64,000 nucleotides of DNA from Podarcis tiliguerta (Eukaryota). Below the pieces are notes generated by a model. It worked only from the letters and a program-made list of their open reading frames with translations, did no database searches and had not been told where the DNA came from. How positions within the stretch are numbered: position 1 is the first letter of the stretch; every line of letters begins with the position of its first letter. The DNA lies in assembly GCA_965153285.1 (NCBI GenBank), contig OZ229113.1, one strand, 5' to 3'. Of the stretch, positions 26,225 through 38,117 are shown one piece after another. The position numbers and the translations under genes were made by a program.

Positions 26225-26577
26225 AACTTATTTTTTAAATGTCCTCACATAGAATGAAATTCTCTAGCCACCCCATAGTTCTTACCAATTATGTCATTCA
26301 ACTTTATCATTCTTCATCTCACATCACCCAGTTTGATTGGGTATGAGTAGCCAGTATAATTTCAGTAGACACTGGAATATTGAAAGAGCAAGCAACCACA
26401 CAGGAGATTATTTCTAATTATTAGCCTTGGTTTATCTGATTTCTCAAGAAAGGAAGAACAAGGGTACAAGGGAAAATAACTAATGTGTTTGCTAGATAAG
26501 CAGCTTATCATGCTGAAAAATTGTTTTTGGACTCTGCCACTTCAGTCTCCTGTTTAGGAGTTGTATGTGTCACGGCT

Positions 26578-26653
26578 AAAATGGCCGCTGTTTCTTTAAT
26601 GCGAATAAAGCTGGGTCAGCATGACTCAGCGGCCTGCACCAGGTTGTATATAG
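26578..26653 (+). promoter_or_regulatory. Candidate promoter/enhancer: YY1-like site, overlapping MARE/ARE(AP-1), TATA-like box
   Basis: AAAATGGCCGC (26578-26588), GCTGGGTCAGCATGACTCAGC (26610-26630), TATATAG (26647-26653). Motif evidence only. Confidence 0.4.
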
Positions 26654-26891
26654 AGAGTGTGAAATGTTAGTTTGTTGCTGAGGCTGGTGTTTGGGTTGGT
26701 TGGTGCTGATGTGTATAGTTATTCAGTCATGTTTTGCACAAAGACTTTTAAGAATAAAATTCTGCAAGGATATTCTCGTGGACTCTTTTATGCTGACAAG
26801 GGTCTGAGGACCAGGCTGAGGAGACAAAGGGAGGTTAGAACCCTTTCCTTCTTTTTTTTTTTTTTTTTTGCTTTTTACAAACACTGACAGT

Positions 26892-27182
26892 ATGACTGTG
26901 TCTTCCAGTGGGGTTGTGGGGGAATTCAACATCACACAATCCAACATCACCATGCAGCAGAACTTTCCTGCTTTCCAGTTTCGAAACACTGTGTGGAAGA
27001 AGTTTCAGATTGTTCCTAGAGGTGTTTACAACTGGCATGTAAAATATTCACATGACCCATCAGAACCACCTAAAGAGCAATGCTACCATTATAGTACTGG
27101 TGACACAGAGAAAACACCACACAGAAGTCTATATGACGTGATGGGAATCACACATGCAGGACAGCTCTTCAAGATTACATAA
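26892..27182 (+). CDS. Hypothetical small ORF (96 aa, or 76 aa from ATG 26952); no homolog recognised
   Basis: Open frame downstream of the promoter-like motifs; CACCATGC context at 26952; AATAAA at 27315-27320. May be a chance ORF. Confidence 0.15.
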   Translation: MTVSSSGVVGEFNITQSNITMQQNFPAFQFRNTVWKKFQIVPRGVYNWHVKYSHDPSEPPKEQCYHYSTGDTEKTPHRSLYDVMGITHAGQLFKIT

Positions 27183-28579
27183 AGGGATGTAAAGATTCAG
27201 AATGATGAGATACACACTTTACGAGAATGTGATATACTGCTAAAGACTGGGTATATTATGCTTTTATTCCACATAATCTCTACTACCCTTCTGACTCCAA
27301 CCTTGATACATGAAAATAAATCCCACTGATCTCAGTGGAACAGAGCCCCGTGGAAGCATGTTTAGGAACATACCTTTTGTGACTTTTGAAAATGGGAAAT
27401 ACAAGAACTACTACTGCTAGTTCTCCATTTAACAGGTTTCCCAGGAAGAATGATCAGTGTTACTGTCTAAACCTCACAGGTTTTTAATTTGTGTTAAAGC
27501 CTGTGGACTTCAAGCAGAAAAGTGACGCAGACCACCAGTCCAATAGCCCAATGTCATCTTTATTATTTCAGTGAACTATTTGCTTCTTATTCTCATCACT
27601 CTGCTTCCCCTCTGAAAAAACTTATCAGCTTTAAATGGTTTAAGCCCTTCCCACTTATTCCCTAACTTCTTGAAAAGGAAGCCTGGTATATCTCTCATTT
27701 TATTATTTAAGGCAGGGTCTCAGCTTCCAATTTGTCCCTAGGCAGGCTATTATTCTCCTTGGAACATTGCAGGTCTAGCTTTTCTATACCACAACCACTT
27801 TGATTGATAAAATTTGATTTCAGTTTCCACCATGACAAAAATTATTTAGCAATTTGAATATATTCCAAAGGAAATCATCCATACCACAAAAAAGCAACAA
27901 TTTCCCTGTAAGTACTTACGATGGGTCTAAAATTGCATATAGCATTGATTTAACAATGCATGTGTTTTTTCAAAGTTGGTATCAACAGGCAGTGGTTGCC
28001 CACACTTGCTGCTATTCTTATACAACAACATCCTGTCTTCATTTCCCTCTCATTGGAAAAATAAAATAAGTGAATGCTGTACTTCCAATGTGACATTATT
28101 GTTGCAAAAGAAAAGTGAACTGGGGAGACCTTAGTTACACGTCCAGTTCAAGCACAGAAGCCAGGAAGTGAAGCTGCTGAATGAATGCTGTAATATGTAT
28201 ATCCTTCAAGTTTGTCCTTATGAAAAGAAATGACTGTTAGGTATCCTTGTACTTTAAGTAAAACAAATAAATTAGAGAGCCCAGCTGCTGCTAGACCCAG
28301 TGCCCATCGGGACTGGTAGGATGGAAGACAGAGGGCCCAACAGTAGTCAGAGCCAATAAGAGACAGAGGCAGAGGTGATTACAGGCAGAGCTAACTATTT
28401 GTAGCCAACCAGATGTCTTGTAGAACTCAATTACCTGTACAAGGGTTTAAGGAGGAGGAAGGTTTGCCACCCTCTGAGCTAGTTGTAAATAAAAAAGCAG
28501 GCAGATGGGGGTAGGTGGCTCAGCCCAATCCCAGAAAACTGTGTCCAGTATAATCCTGCATACAACCACCACCTCTATT

Positions 28580-28777
28580 ATAGGAATGTAAGAAGCTGCT
28601 CTATATTGAGTGAGACCATTGGTTCCTTTATTTCAGTATTGTCCACACTGACTGGAAGTGATACTCCAGTATTTCAGTCAGCAGTACCTCACAGCCCTAC
28701 CTGGAGATAACATGGATTGGACCTAGGATCTTTTACATGCAAAACAGATGCTCTACTATTGATTTATGGCCCTCCCC
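28580..28777 (-). mobile_element. Old tRNA-derived SINE with CR1-like tail
   Basis: Aligns along its length with 22330-22518. Confidence 0.7.
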
Positions 28778-30508
28778 ATGCCCCCAATTGAGGAAACATC
28801 AACAAGAGAAAAGGGGTGGGCAGTTGAAATAATGGAGATTCTTGTTTGTCACATAGCTCTCCACAGACTGGGTGACTACTGCTGAAACCATAAATATGTT
28901 TAAAGAAAACAACAGGCTAGGTGGCTGGACAGCAGACGAGCAAGATGGTTGGAGTTGGAACTGAGCAGTCAGAGTAGTTGGAGAGGGAGAACCTGACTGT
29001 GTCTCTCTTTGTGGTATATATTTCAGTCCATACCCTGACAACTTTTAAATGACCACTGATTCAGAAATGTCATATAATTTGCTCAGACTCCTGTGTGTTT
29101 CAGTGAGCAATAGCAAAAATAAAGACACAATGTTCTACTGCTGAAAAGTGCAAAATGTGATGCATGAAGGATGAGAGTTTTTCACTGCGGAAAAAAAAAA
29201 GAATCTCATGAAAATTGCATTACCCTTTTCCAGAAGCTCAGCCTTGCACATCTCTAAAATATCTCAGCCAAGAGCCTTAACATACCTCACAAACACAGTG
29301 GTAAGGTATTATTGATCATTACCTTTTCAACTCATAAGGGAAAGGAAATGTGTTAGAAGTCTGACAGTGCTATAAAGTAGAAGGGACTATATTACAGCAC
29401 AGCTAGATAAGCTGTGACTTTGTAGCTGTGGATGACAGGCAACTCCCATGTGTGTTGACAGGTAGCATACACATATACCTCAGTTATAATGCAGATATAA
29501 AGCCATGATAGGAAGAATAGAGGTATACAGTTTGATGACAAAGCTAGATAAGTAGCTAGACAAGATATGAATCTGTAAATGTTACATTTGATAGTAACTG
29601 CAATTAATATCTTTCTTATCCACAGTGCATAGAATCTTTATCAATTGTAGGAGATCAGACACTCATGCCTACATCTACAAGAGAATATCTGTGCTATATT
29701 CCATCTTCTCCAAAAGGTGTGGGAAACCTCTTTCAGTTTGAGGGCCACAGTCCGAAAGGTGATGCATGCCAGTTGTGGGCATGACCAGAGACAAGAATGG
29801 ACATGGCCAGAGGTAGCTGTTTACCTTTATGAAGTAGGCTACTTTCCAGTTACACAAAATCAAGAAGCTTCTACACATATGCACACACAGCAAAAAGCTT
29901 TATTACAGTAAAGAATGCATTCCAAAAGCATACCAGGAAGGCACACAGCAGAGCTGATGGGAGATGCAGCCTGGGAGGAAAGTTGTAGCCTGGAGAGGTT
30001 GTGTGAATCCTGAAGGCCATACAGAGAATCCTAGAGGACCATCTTTTGCTGTCCCCGAGATTGAGTCCCCATCTATTGTTGTCTACTGTATATGATGCAG
30101 AGATTGACAAACACCCCAAATTGGGAGAACTTCTATAATTTTTCTGATCCAGGGAAAACTATTCTGGCCATAGGAGCCAAGAGTGAATCCTTCAAGATGG
30201 ACTAAGTCTGATTACCTAGTATGGGGTTAATTTTAATAGGCCTTGGGGACTTTGGCATATGAAACCAAGGCAATTTAGACTACCAAAGCCCCAAAGATCA
30301 CTGGCAAAGGTTTAGCTCAGACCATGCAAAAGATTTGCCAGCTGGACAACCCCCTCTTGGATTATAATCTGAGCAGGAAAATAATTGTTATCTTTCATAG
30401 CTCGCAGCTCACAGCCCCCTTTGAGGTGGACTTTTTATGAAGCCCCTGGCTCAGGGGCATCCCTACTCTAGGCATTCTTTCAATTCTGAATCCGATGCTA
30501 TCCAAATA

Positions 30509-30696
30509 CAGTGTTACCTCTGGATACACAAACCTCCAGTTGCGTATCCTTCAGGATGTAAACGCGGCAAACCCAGAAGTATTTTTCCAGGTTTCACCAC
30601 ATGTGCATGCGCAGAAGTGGTCCCTCCAGTTGTGGAAACCTCAGGATCCAACTGGAGCTCTGGAACGGATCCCATCTACAACCGGAGGTACCACTG
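30509..30696. mobile_element. Tc1/mariner (Tigger/pogo-like) MITE
   Basis: TIRs CAGTGTTACCTCTGG / CCGGAGGTACCACTG, flanked by TA on both sides. Confidence 0.88.
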
Positions 30697-32773
30697 TATT
30701 TCTTTCAGGCACGTATGCAGTTCAGTCACATGTTGCTGAAATTTGCTCCCTGAGCTCTGATTTGTATCATTTAGGTGCAGTATCTAAATCAGATGTCCCA
30801 CTAATGCACAATGATTTAGGATGTGTGTTTTCATTTCAAGACCAATGTCAAAGCACAATTAGCAAGGCCATTTCATCATATCATTTCATTTCATGAGCCA
30901 AATGCTGAAGACAGAAGCTGGTCTTGACTAGTATCATTGACCAGTGCCTTGCAGCTTTACTTCTGCATTTACTTGGTTTGTAAAAGTTGCCAAATTATTC
31001 CCATCTCCTAAAGACATATTGAGGTGCCCTGATGCAGTGAACCAGGATCTGAAAAGTCAAGAGGAACCCATCAGCACCATGGCCAGCGATCTGACTCTTG
31101 TCTTGATGAACTGCTTTCAAAGGGACTGAGGGAGCTGGGGATGCCATTAAACCCAGACAAATTATTTGCTGTTGAAGCCAAAGGTTGTATCACTTCAAAT
31201 GATACATTTAATAATGAGATTAAGCAGGTAGACTGCAAATAGGTCTAGGGGCAGTACGATGCTGTGTGTGTGTCCAAATTATAGCAATAAAATCTCAAGT
31301 TGAGGCTCAAGTCATATGCTAGAATATTAGCTTCCTGCTATACGATGCAGTTGCTATAGAAACTTACAAGTGGGAACTAAATAAAGTAATTTCTATGCTG
31401 GTGCTGATGTCTGGAACTTCAGCACCTGATGCTAACAAAATTGTGCTCGATAAACAAATGTAAACTTTAGAAGCATGCAATAAGTTCACAATAGCTTCTA
31501 TCCCACTAATTAATCTCAATTAATCTTGCCCTAGAATGCAAGAGCATAAGAAAACATAGGAACAAAAAAAAAAATCAGAAGATTACTTAGGACCAATGTG
31601 CATACTCCTTCTGTCTTATCTGAAATCTTCTTTCATTCCTCTTTCTCCTGTCTTGTTTATTTTCAAACTTTCTAGTTCACTGCAACTCTAGTTGATAAAA
31701 CTGATATATCTAATGATTTTAAGCAAATTAATTATATCTCTGCTGACTTAACCCAAGCTAATTTAAAGATAAGCCTGAGAACAAAGTTCATGTGTTCTTT
31801 TTCATGAAGACACAATTAACCACAAAACAATAATACTCTACAGTGGCTGTGTAAAATTTGCAGAAATCAGGACTGCAACCTCTAAACTTCAATTCTATAC
31901 CCACTTACCTGGGAGTAAGGTCCACTGAACTCACTTGGGAGGGTCTTTCTTCTGAGTGAATTTTAGCTGGTTAGTCAGTCAAGCCCAGCCAAGTGGTTGG
32001 CGTTTTGTAATACTATTTTTGTTGTACAATAAGGAATAAAATTAGAAGAGGTTATAAATACTTTTCTGCTAGCAAAAAAATATTGAGTTGTATCAAGGAA
32101 GAGCTTCTGCTTGTGCAAGTCAGGAACCTGGCTTTCACCAATCCTGATAATGCAGAGTTCTAAATTGCATGGGGAAAGTCCACAAAAAGTGGCTTCCCAC
32201 TAGGGAAGCTGACCCTCCAACTCATGGAGGAGTTGATGAGCCAGCATGTCCCACTTTGCTTCATTCCATTTGAATAGAATTGGGCTGTGGCATCCCTGGA
32301 AAAGCATTGTGACCTTTTTGCTGCCTTGACTTGCATCGTTGAAATTGCCCAATTTATCTCCATCTTCTAAAGTCATATTGATGTGCTGCACATAAAGATT
32401 TGTGCCTACATTGCCTACAGTCATGGGATGAGTGCCAAAGAGCCTCACAATAGTGATGGCAATGATGAAAATCCAATTAAAAACTCACATTTTCAAATAG
32501 GCAAATTAAGGATATGAATAAATAGGTTGGTACTGCCTGACGCTCAAAACTTGATTGGAATTCGTGCACACTCGTAGGGATGGTTGTGCCAGTTCAACAG
32601 AGTACTTGATGGAATGGCAAGAAACTGAAATGTCTCTGATGACATCATTGGAATTCATTGCATCACACTGGGGGGGGGGTTTGTTTGTGTGCGTGTGTGT
32701 GTGTGTACTGCAACAGGGACTAATTGGCAAGCCATTTTCAGTTGGTTTGAACAAGCCCTGAGTTTGGGCTTGC

Positions 32774-33005
32774 CATATGCAGATAGGACTATGAGGTGTG
32801 AAAGCAACTGAGAATGCATCTGGAAGGATCTTGCAAGCAGGCTGGAGCAGCAGCATGCCTGCGTATTAGCCTGAGGCAAGAGATGGCAGCTGGCAGGGTG
32901 ACCCAAGCCAGGTGGTCAGAGTCTATTCACTGCTCATTTTGGCACTTGGGCCAAACAGCTGCAGAGCAGAACCAGCCTGATATCAGACGGAGCAGCAGTA
33001 TAAAA
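32774..33005. promoter_or_regulatory. Candidate bHLH enhancer/promoter (E-box cluster plus TATAAAA)
   Basis: Seven CANNTG sites in 188 bp, followed by TATAAAA at 32999-33005. Confidence 0.4.
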
Positions 33006-33664
33006 TCAGAGCCAGGCCCTCAATTTGCCAGCCAAATCTGAGCACAACAGGCACCCATCCAGACCACAGAATATGAAGTCTAACTTCTAGAGGCGCCTGC
33101 AGGGTTCCTGCGGTTGGTTGCTTCATGGGGGGGGGGAGCCTAGTGTCAATAACCACACTGGACAAAAGTGTGCATGCTGTTGCTTTTTTAGCACGAACTT
33201 TAATCCACATTGTATTGTATTTATTTATTTTAAAAGGAATGAGCTAGGCTTGGCCTGCCTTCCTTTAAAAAAAGAATTACACAGAAGGCGCTTGAAACAG
33301 CTTACATGCAGTGCCTTACACAGTTGTCGTCACGAAGTGTAGCACTGGTCCTCATGTTATACTTCCTCTTGATATGCAGTATTTTCATACCAATATTTTC
33401 TATGCCAAGCAGTGGCTGCCTGGGGAAAACATTATGTCATAACTCTAAGGTGAACAAGTTTCATGTTTCAATGTTCCCCACATGGGGAAACAGCAGTACT
33501 ATATGCACTGAAAACTAGCATGCCAGGCTAGATATTTTTTCCTTGACATTTAGTTTTCTATATGCAGGGAGTTATTGGGTTTAATTATACCATTCCATTT
33601 CAAGTAATCTAAAGTAGCACACTCCAGAAACACTTTCCCCATGTAATCTGTTCTTGGTGTAGAC

Positions 33665-33794
33665 CAGCCTGCCCCAATTTGGAGTTTTCCAGATGTTTTG
33701 GACTACAACTCCCTTCATCCACCACTATTGGCTATGAGATTGATGGGAATGGGGGTTCAAATCATTTTGAGGCCACCAGGCTGGAGAAAGCTGA
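33665..33794. mobile_element. Diverged hAT hairpin MITE
   Basis: CCAGATGTTTTGGACTACAACTCCC core; degenerate CAGCCT...AAGCTG ends; flanks GTGTAGAC/ATGTAGCC. Confidence 0.65.
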
Positions 33795-34120
33795 TGTAGC
33801 CTATCTGTCTTTGAGAACTTAGATGTGTCATTAAATGCTGTTGAGGCAGAAAACTGATATAGACTGCCATCCTAGGCATAGCTTACTGGGAGGGAGCCTC
33901 ACTGAATTCACTGGAATTTAACTCAAGCATGAGATTGACACTGCACTGTTAAAGAGAACTTTGATACCTCAGGAACTAATCTACATGTGATAAAAAGAAG
34001 AGTTTAATTTTCCTTTATTTTCTTTTATCAGTGTTTTCATTGATTCTGTTGTGATGTTGTGTTCTTATGTATACTACCTTGTTGTATTTTTGTTGTGCAT
34101 TTTACGTGTGTGTGTGTGTA

Positions 34121-34696
34121 TAAGAATGTAAGACCATAAGAAGAAGTTGCCAGATCAGGCCAATGCCCCCGTCAGGTTCAGCACCCTGTTCTCACAGTGA
34201 TCAACCAGATGTCTCTGGAAAGCTTGCAAGTAGAACCTGAGTCTAACAGCACTCTACTCTCCTGTGGTTTTTAGCAACTGGGACTTGCCGATCAGAAGGT
34301 CGGCGGTTCGAATCCCCGTGACGGGGTGAGCTCCCGTTGCTCAGTCCCTGCTCCTGCCAACCTAGCAGTTCGAAAGCATATCAAAGTGCAAGTAGATAAA
34401 TAGGTACTGCTCCGGTGGGAAGGTAAACGGCGTTTCCGTGCGCTGCTCTGATTCACCAGAAGCAGCTTAGTCATGCTGGCCACATGACCCAGAAGCTGTA
34501 CGCCAGCTCCCTCGGCCAATAAAGAGAGATGAGCATCGCAACCCCAGAGTCGGTCACGACTGGACCTAATGGTCAGGGGTACCTTTACCTTATTCAGAAG
34601 CATCATTGCCTCAAACCATGGAGGCAGAGCAGAGCCATCATGGCCAGTAGCCATTGATAGCCTTATCCTCCTAGAATTTGTCTGAAACGCTTTTAG
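34121..34696 (-). mobile_element. CR1 LINE 3' end interrupted by a Sauria SINE
   Basis: Reverse CR1 tail (TAAGAATGTAAGACCATAAGAAG); CR1 continues across the insert as CAACTGG|TATTCAGAAG, a junction seen uninterrupted (CAACTGGTATTC) in the 12.6-kb copy. Confidence 0.85.
34281..34591 (+). mobile_element. Sauria (Squam1) SINE, 5'-truncated
   Basis: B box GGTTCGAATCC, GTGCAAGTAGATAAATAGG core, ACCTTTACCTT tail; A box absent. Confidence 0.95.
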
Positions 34697-34741
34697 CCAA
34701 GCTAATAGCTTCACTGGGGAAGGGTGGATTTCACAGAGACT

Positions 34742-35013
34742 GTCTTCTTCTTCTTTGGCGATCACTCGTAGCCAAGTCAGATTGTCTTCCATGAACACGG
34801 TTTTAACAGTCATCGTAACATACCACTTGCTATTTTCCACCTGTTCTGTAGTTGAGGACTTCTTGGATCATTCTTTGTCTAGCTCCTTCCCTTTGACCTT
34901 ACCGCCTTGGATGACCCTGCTGGGAGTACAAGACTCCCAACAGCTTCGCTCACAAGGGTCATAGGAACGTGCAAGCCCACTCACCATGACAAGGTGATGA
35001 TCCAGCGAGTGAG
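34742..35013 (-). mobile_element. Non-autonomous bipartite RTE-derived retroposon (272 bp)
   Basis: (GAA)n tail at the low end; RTE 5'UTR-like segment at the high end; 9-bp TSD ACAGAGACT (34733-34741, 35014-35022); no RT coding region. Confidence 0.7.
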
Positions 35014-35244
35014 ACAGAGACTAAGCTGGAAGGCTGCAAACCTTCTTCCACACATTATGTAATCTTAATCATTTCCCTATCCCTCCACACCAGGTATTTC
35101 ATTTCCAAACATACACATACCATGATTACTCATGTCCTGTTTGTAGGATTCTCATAGGAACCTAGCTGACGACTGTGGGAAAGAGGATGCTTAACAGATA
35201 GACCTGATCTAGCAGGACTAATCATGTATGCTAATCATGTTGCT

Positions 35245-35650
35245 GCTGGACCATAAAGAAGGCTGATCGCCAAAGAATTGACGCTTTTGAATTATGGTGC
35301 TGGAGGAGACTCTTGAGAGTCCCATGGACTGCAAGAAGATCAAACCTATCCATTCTTAAGGAAATCAGCCCTGAGTGCTCACTGGAAAGACAGATCCTGA
35401 AGCTGAGGCTCCAATACTTTGGCCACCTCATGAGAAGAGAAGACTCCCTGGAAAAGACCCTGATGCTGGGAAAGATGGAGGGCACAAGGAGAAGGGGACG
35501 ACAGAGGACGAGATGGTTAGACAGTGTTCTCGAAGCTACAAACATGAGTCTGACCAAACTGCGGGTGGCAGTGGAAGACAGGAGTGCCTGGCGTGCTCTG
35601 GTCCATGGGGTCACGAAGAGTCGGACACGACTGAACGACTAAACAACAAC
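35245..35650 (+). mobile_element. Bov-B (RTE) LINE, 5'-truncated 3' end
   Basis: Open frame ...LRVPWTARRSNLSILKEISPECSLE...LQYFGHLMRREDSLEKTLMLGKMEG...GVTKSRTRLND; (CAA)n tail; 12-bp TSD AATCATGTTGCT (35233-35244, 35651-35662). Confidence 0.97.
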
Positions 35651-36656
35651 AATCATGTTGCTAATATTACATCTAGTTAAGCCCTAACATAGCACAGTGA
35701 TTCTATATGCCAGGGGTAGCCAACATGGTGCCTTTAGAAGTTCTTGTTTATGACTTCCATCATCTTTGACCACTGGCCTTGCTGAGTAGGGCTGATTGTT
35801 ACCATGTGAGCTTAACTGCTTGTGCAATTGAGCATAACAATGTAGGGTATTTGCTTCCAGTCACATTTGCCTAACTGATAAGCCATATTCCATTCTACAA
35901 ATGCAGCTCATATGTAAAACCCTTAGGATGAATGAGAAGAGGAAAACTCTATGCTTACATTTCTCGCCCTCTCCCAAGTTGCCATGGTAGGCATGATGAA
36001 ATTAATATCTTCTTTTACCCTGTAAAGATGTGCACTTCAAAGGAAGGTAATGAAAACAATATAGCTATGATCCAGAGAGCATCCAACAAAATGTAAGATA
36101 TACCATTTGCACAATTCTGCCCATTAGATTTTGCAAAACCTCATCTGCTGCATGAAATAGGCATCTGTATGCAGAACAAAAAGATCTAGGCACAGCTTGG
36201 TCTTCCTTTTTCAGGAAACTTGTTTGAAGTGTCTGTATGTCAACCCCCATTTTCACATGCAAAAGCGAGTCCTTGGATCACATTATACTAGGAATATTAT
36301 ACAATAATGTATGAACTCATAATCTGCAAAGGCATCTGAATTCTAGATTGCTAAGAATTATTTTAGCTTTCTTTGAGTCTCATTATAAAGTAACCTTGGA
36401 GAAGTCTTAACATATGTATAAAAAAGTCATTAGCACATTCTTCAGAGGATATCAGCTCTCACCTACGCGATAATTATAAGCTGTTCATGTTATTATTTAA
36501 TAAAGTGTTTTTCCATCCATCTGATTGGTTCTGAATATTCACAGTCGAACCAGACCTGTGACTGGGGTAAGCCGCAGAATAATCCTAAATACTCAATAAT
36601 AATTGAGTTATGTTAGCCCTTTCCCAGCAGCAAAAGTTGTGTGTTGGTTAGCAGTA

Positions 36657-36740
36657 AAATGCTATGCATGTCTACTCAGTAGTAAGCCATACTAAGTTCA
36701 ATGGGGCTTACTCTCAGGTAAGTGCATAGAGGATTGCAGC
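36657..36740. repeat. ~80-bp palindromic dispersed repeat (best copy of a family also at ~1-80, 31888-31960, 33865-33930, 47255-47320, 60720-60775)
   Basis: AGTAAGCC..ACT.AGTTCAATGGGGCTTACT inverted core with CAATCCTA/TAGGATTG-like outer arms; recurs in decayed form. Confidence 0.6.
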
Positions 36741-38117
36741 CAAAATGATGAGAACCCCTGAAAACTAGCTAAAGTAGACATTAATTTAAAAAAATAAATA
36801 GCAAAGTTTTTAGGGAAGAGAATAGAAAATGATCACCTATAGTCTTTCTGGTCTCTGGTGAGCCTGAAATATAAAATATGAATCCAACTCCTATTTTCCA
36901 GTAAAGAAAATGCTGATGGCATAAAGCATATTCTAACAAAATGCATGACACTTTAAATTGAGTTAAGCACAAATAAATGAATACCATGCAAGTGTGTAAT
37001 TAATAATAAAATTTTCAACTTAATACATATTGTTGAGCATGTGGGCACTACCTCTGAAGCATCCCAATGATTATTATCTATGGCATACACGATGCTTTCT
37101 AGTCACTACAGCTTCTGAGAGCACCTGCTTTATCTATTTATCTTTCCTTTTGTAGCATAAGCTGTGGAGACAATTCAATTTATTGAAGCCACTCTCTTAG
37201 CCATCTAATGGTGTAGTACATTTAACTTGATACGCTATTTGCCACTCGCTCTTAATGAATCTTTGATCAGCTTATACTTAGCTCACAATTTTGCCTCCAT
37301 GTTTCACTGTCCACAGATAAAAGGGTAAGAGTTTAATTTTCAAAAGGTCAAAATGGTAAACAAATTTAAGAGGGTCAATGCACTTCAGAGTGCAATCCGA
37401 AGGCAGATCATAGATGGATCCCCTTGATTCTAATTCTCTGACTCTGTCGGTCCTCCTTAGGCTCTCCTGATGCTAACAAAGCCAGACAAGGAGTGAATGT
37501 GTGGCCGGGCTCTGCTTTCCTTTCAAGTGGAGTACTTCAGCATGGCACAGCCTACAGACAGCCCTTACAGAACAGGAACATCTAATCACTCCTCATGCTT
37601 CATGCACAATAGAGCCAATTAGAAGTGAGGAGTCTATTCTGCAGATTTAATTTGGAAAGGGCTATTTTCCCATTATGGGCATGAAATACACATGGATTTC
37701 CATACAAGTCACATATTGAGAAGAAGCAAAGCAGTGGGAAAATTCAACAAAGGCAGTAGGCCAAGCTTAAATAAGTTGGCAAGCCTTGTCACTGTTCCAA
37801 AATCCCTAAAGTGGATAGTGGTGACATGAGAAAGGGCTGGGGAAGGCAAGTGGACAGTTTGTATAGCTTGTGGCCTTCACATGGGCACCTGGATTAGATG
37901 GGCCTTCAGCCTGATCCAGCAGAACTCTTCTTATGTTCTTATGAAGTGGTACAGATGAAACAGGCAAAGTGTCTATAGCATACCAGCTTTTCATGCATGC
38001 CTGTACTCTAGATACATAGACATTGAAAAGTAAGCTTATGGATTTACATCACTTTCTGATTCTGTTCCATTCCCTTATCAGCCATGATGCTTTCTGTATG
38101 ACCTTGCACAAGTTCAC

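Noticed and set aside
31901-31920. U1 snRNA (ACTTACCTGG)
   Set aside because: Only the first ~10 nt match; what follows is the palindromic repeat, not U1.
34292-34840. 182-aa minus-strand ORF
   Set aside because: Chance read-through of a mini-RTE end, CR1 and an antisense Sauria SINE; the same C-terminal peptide appears at 21719-21925.
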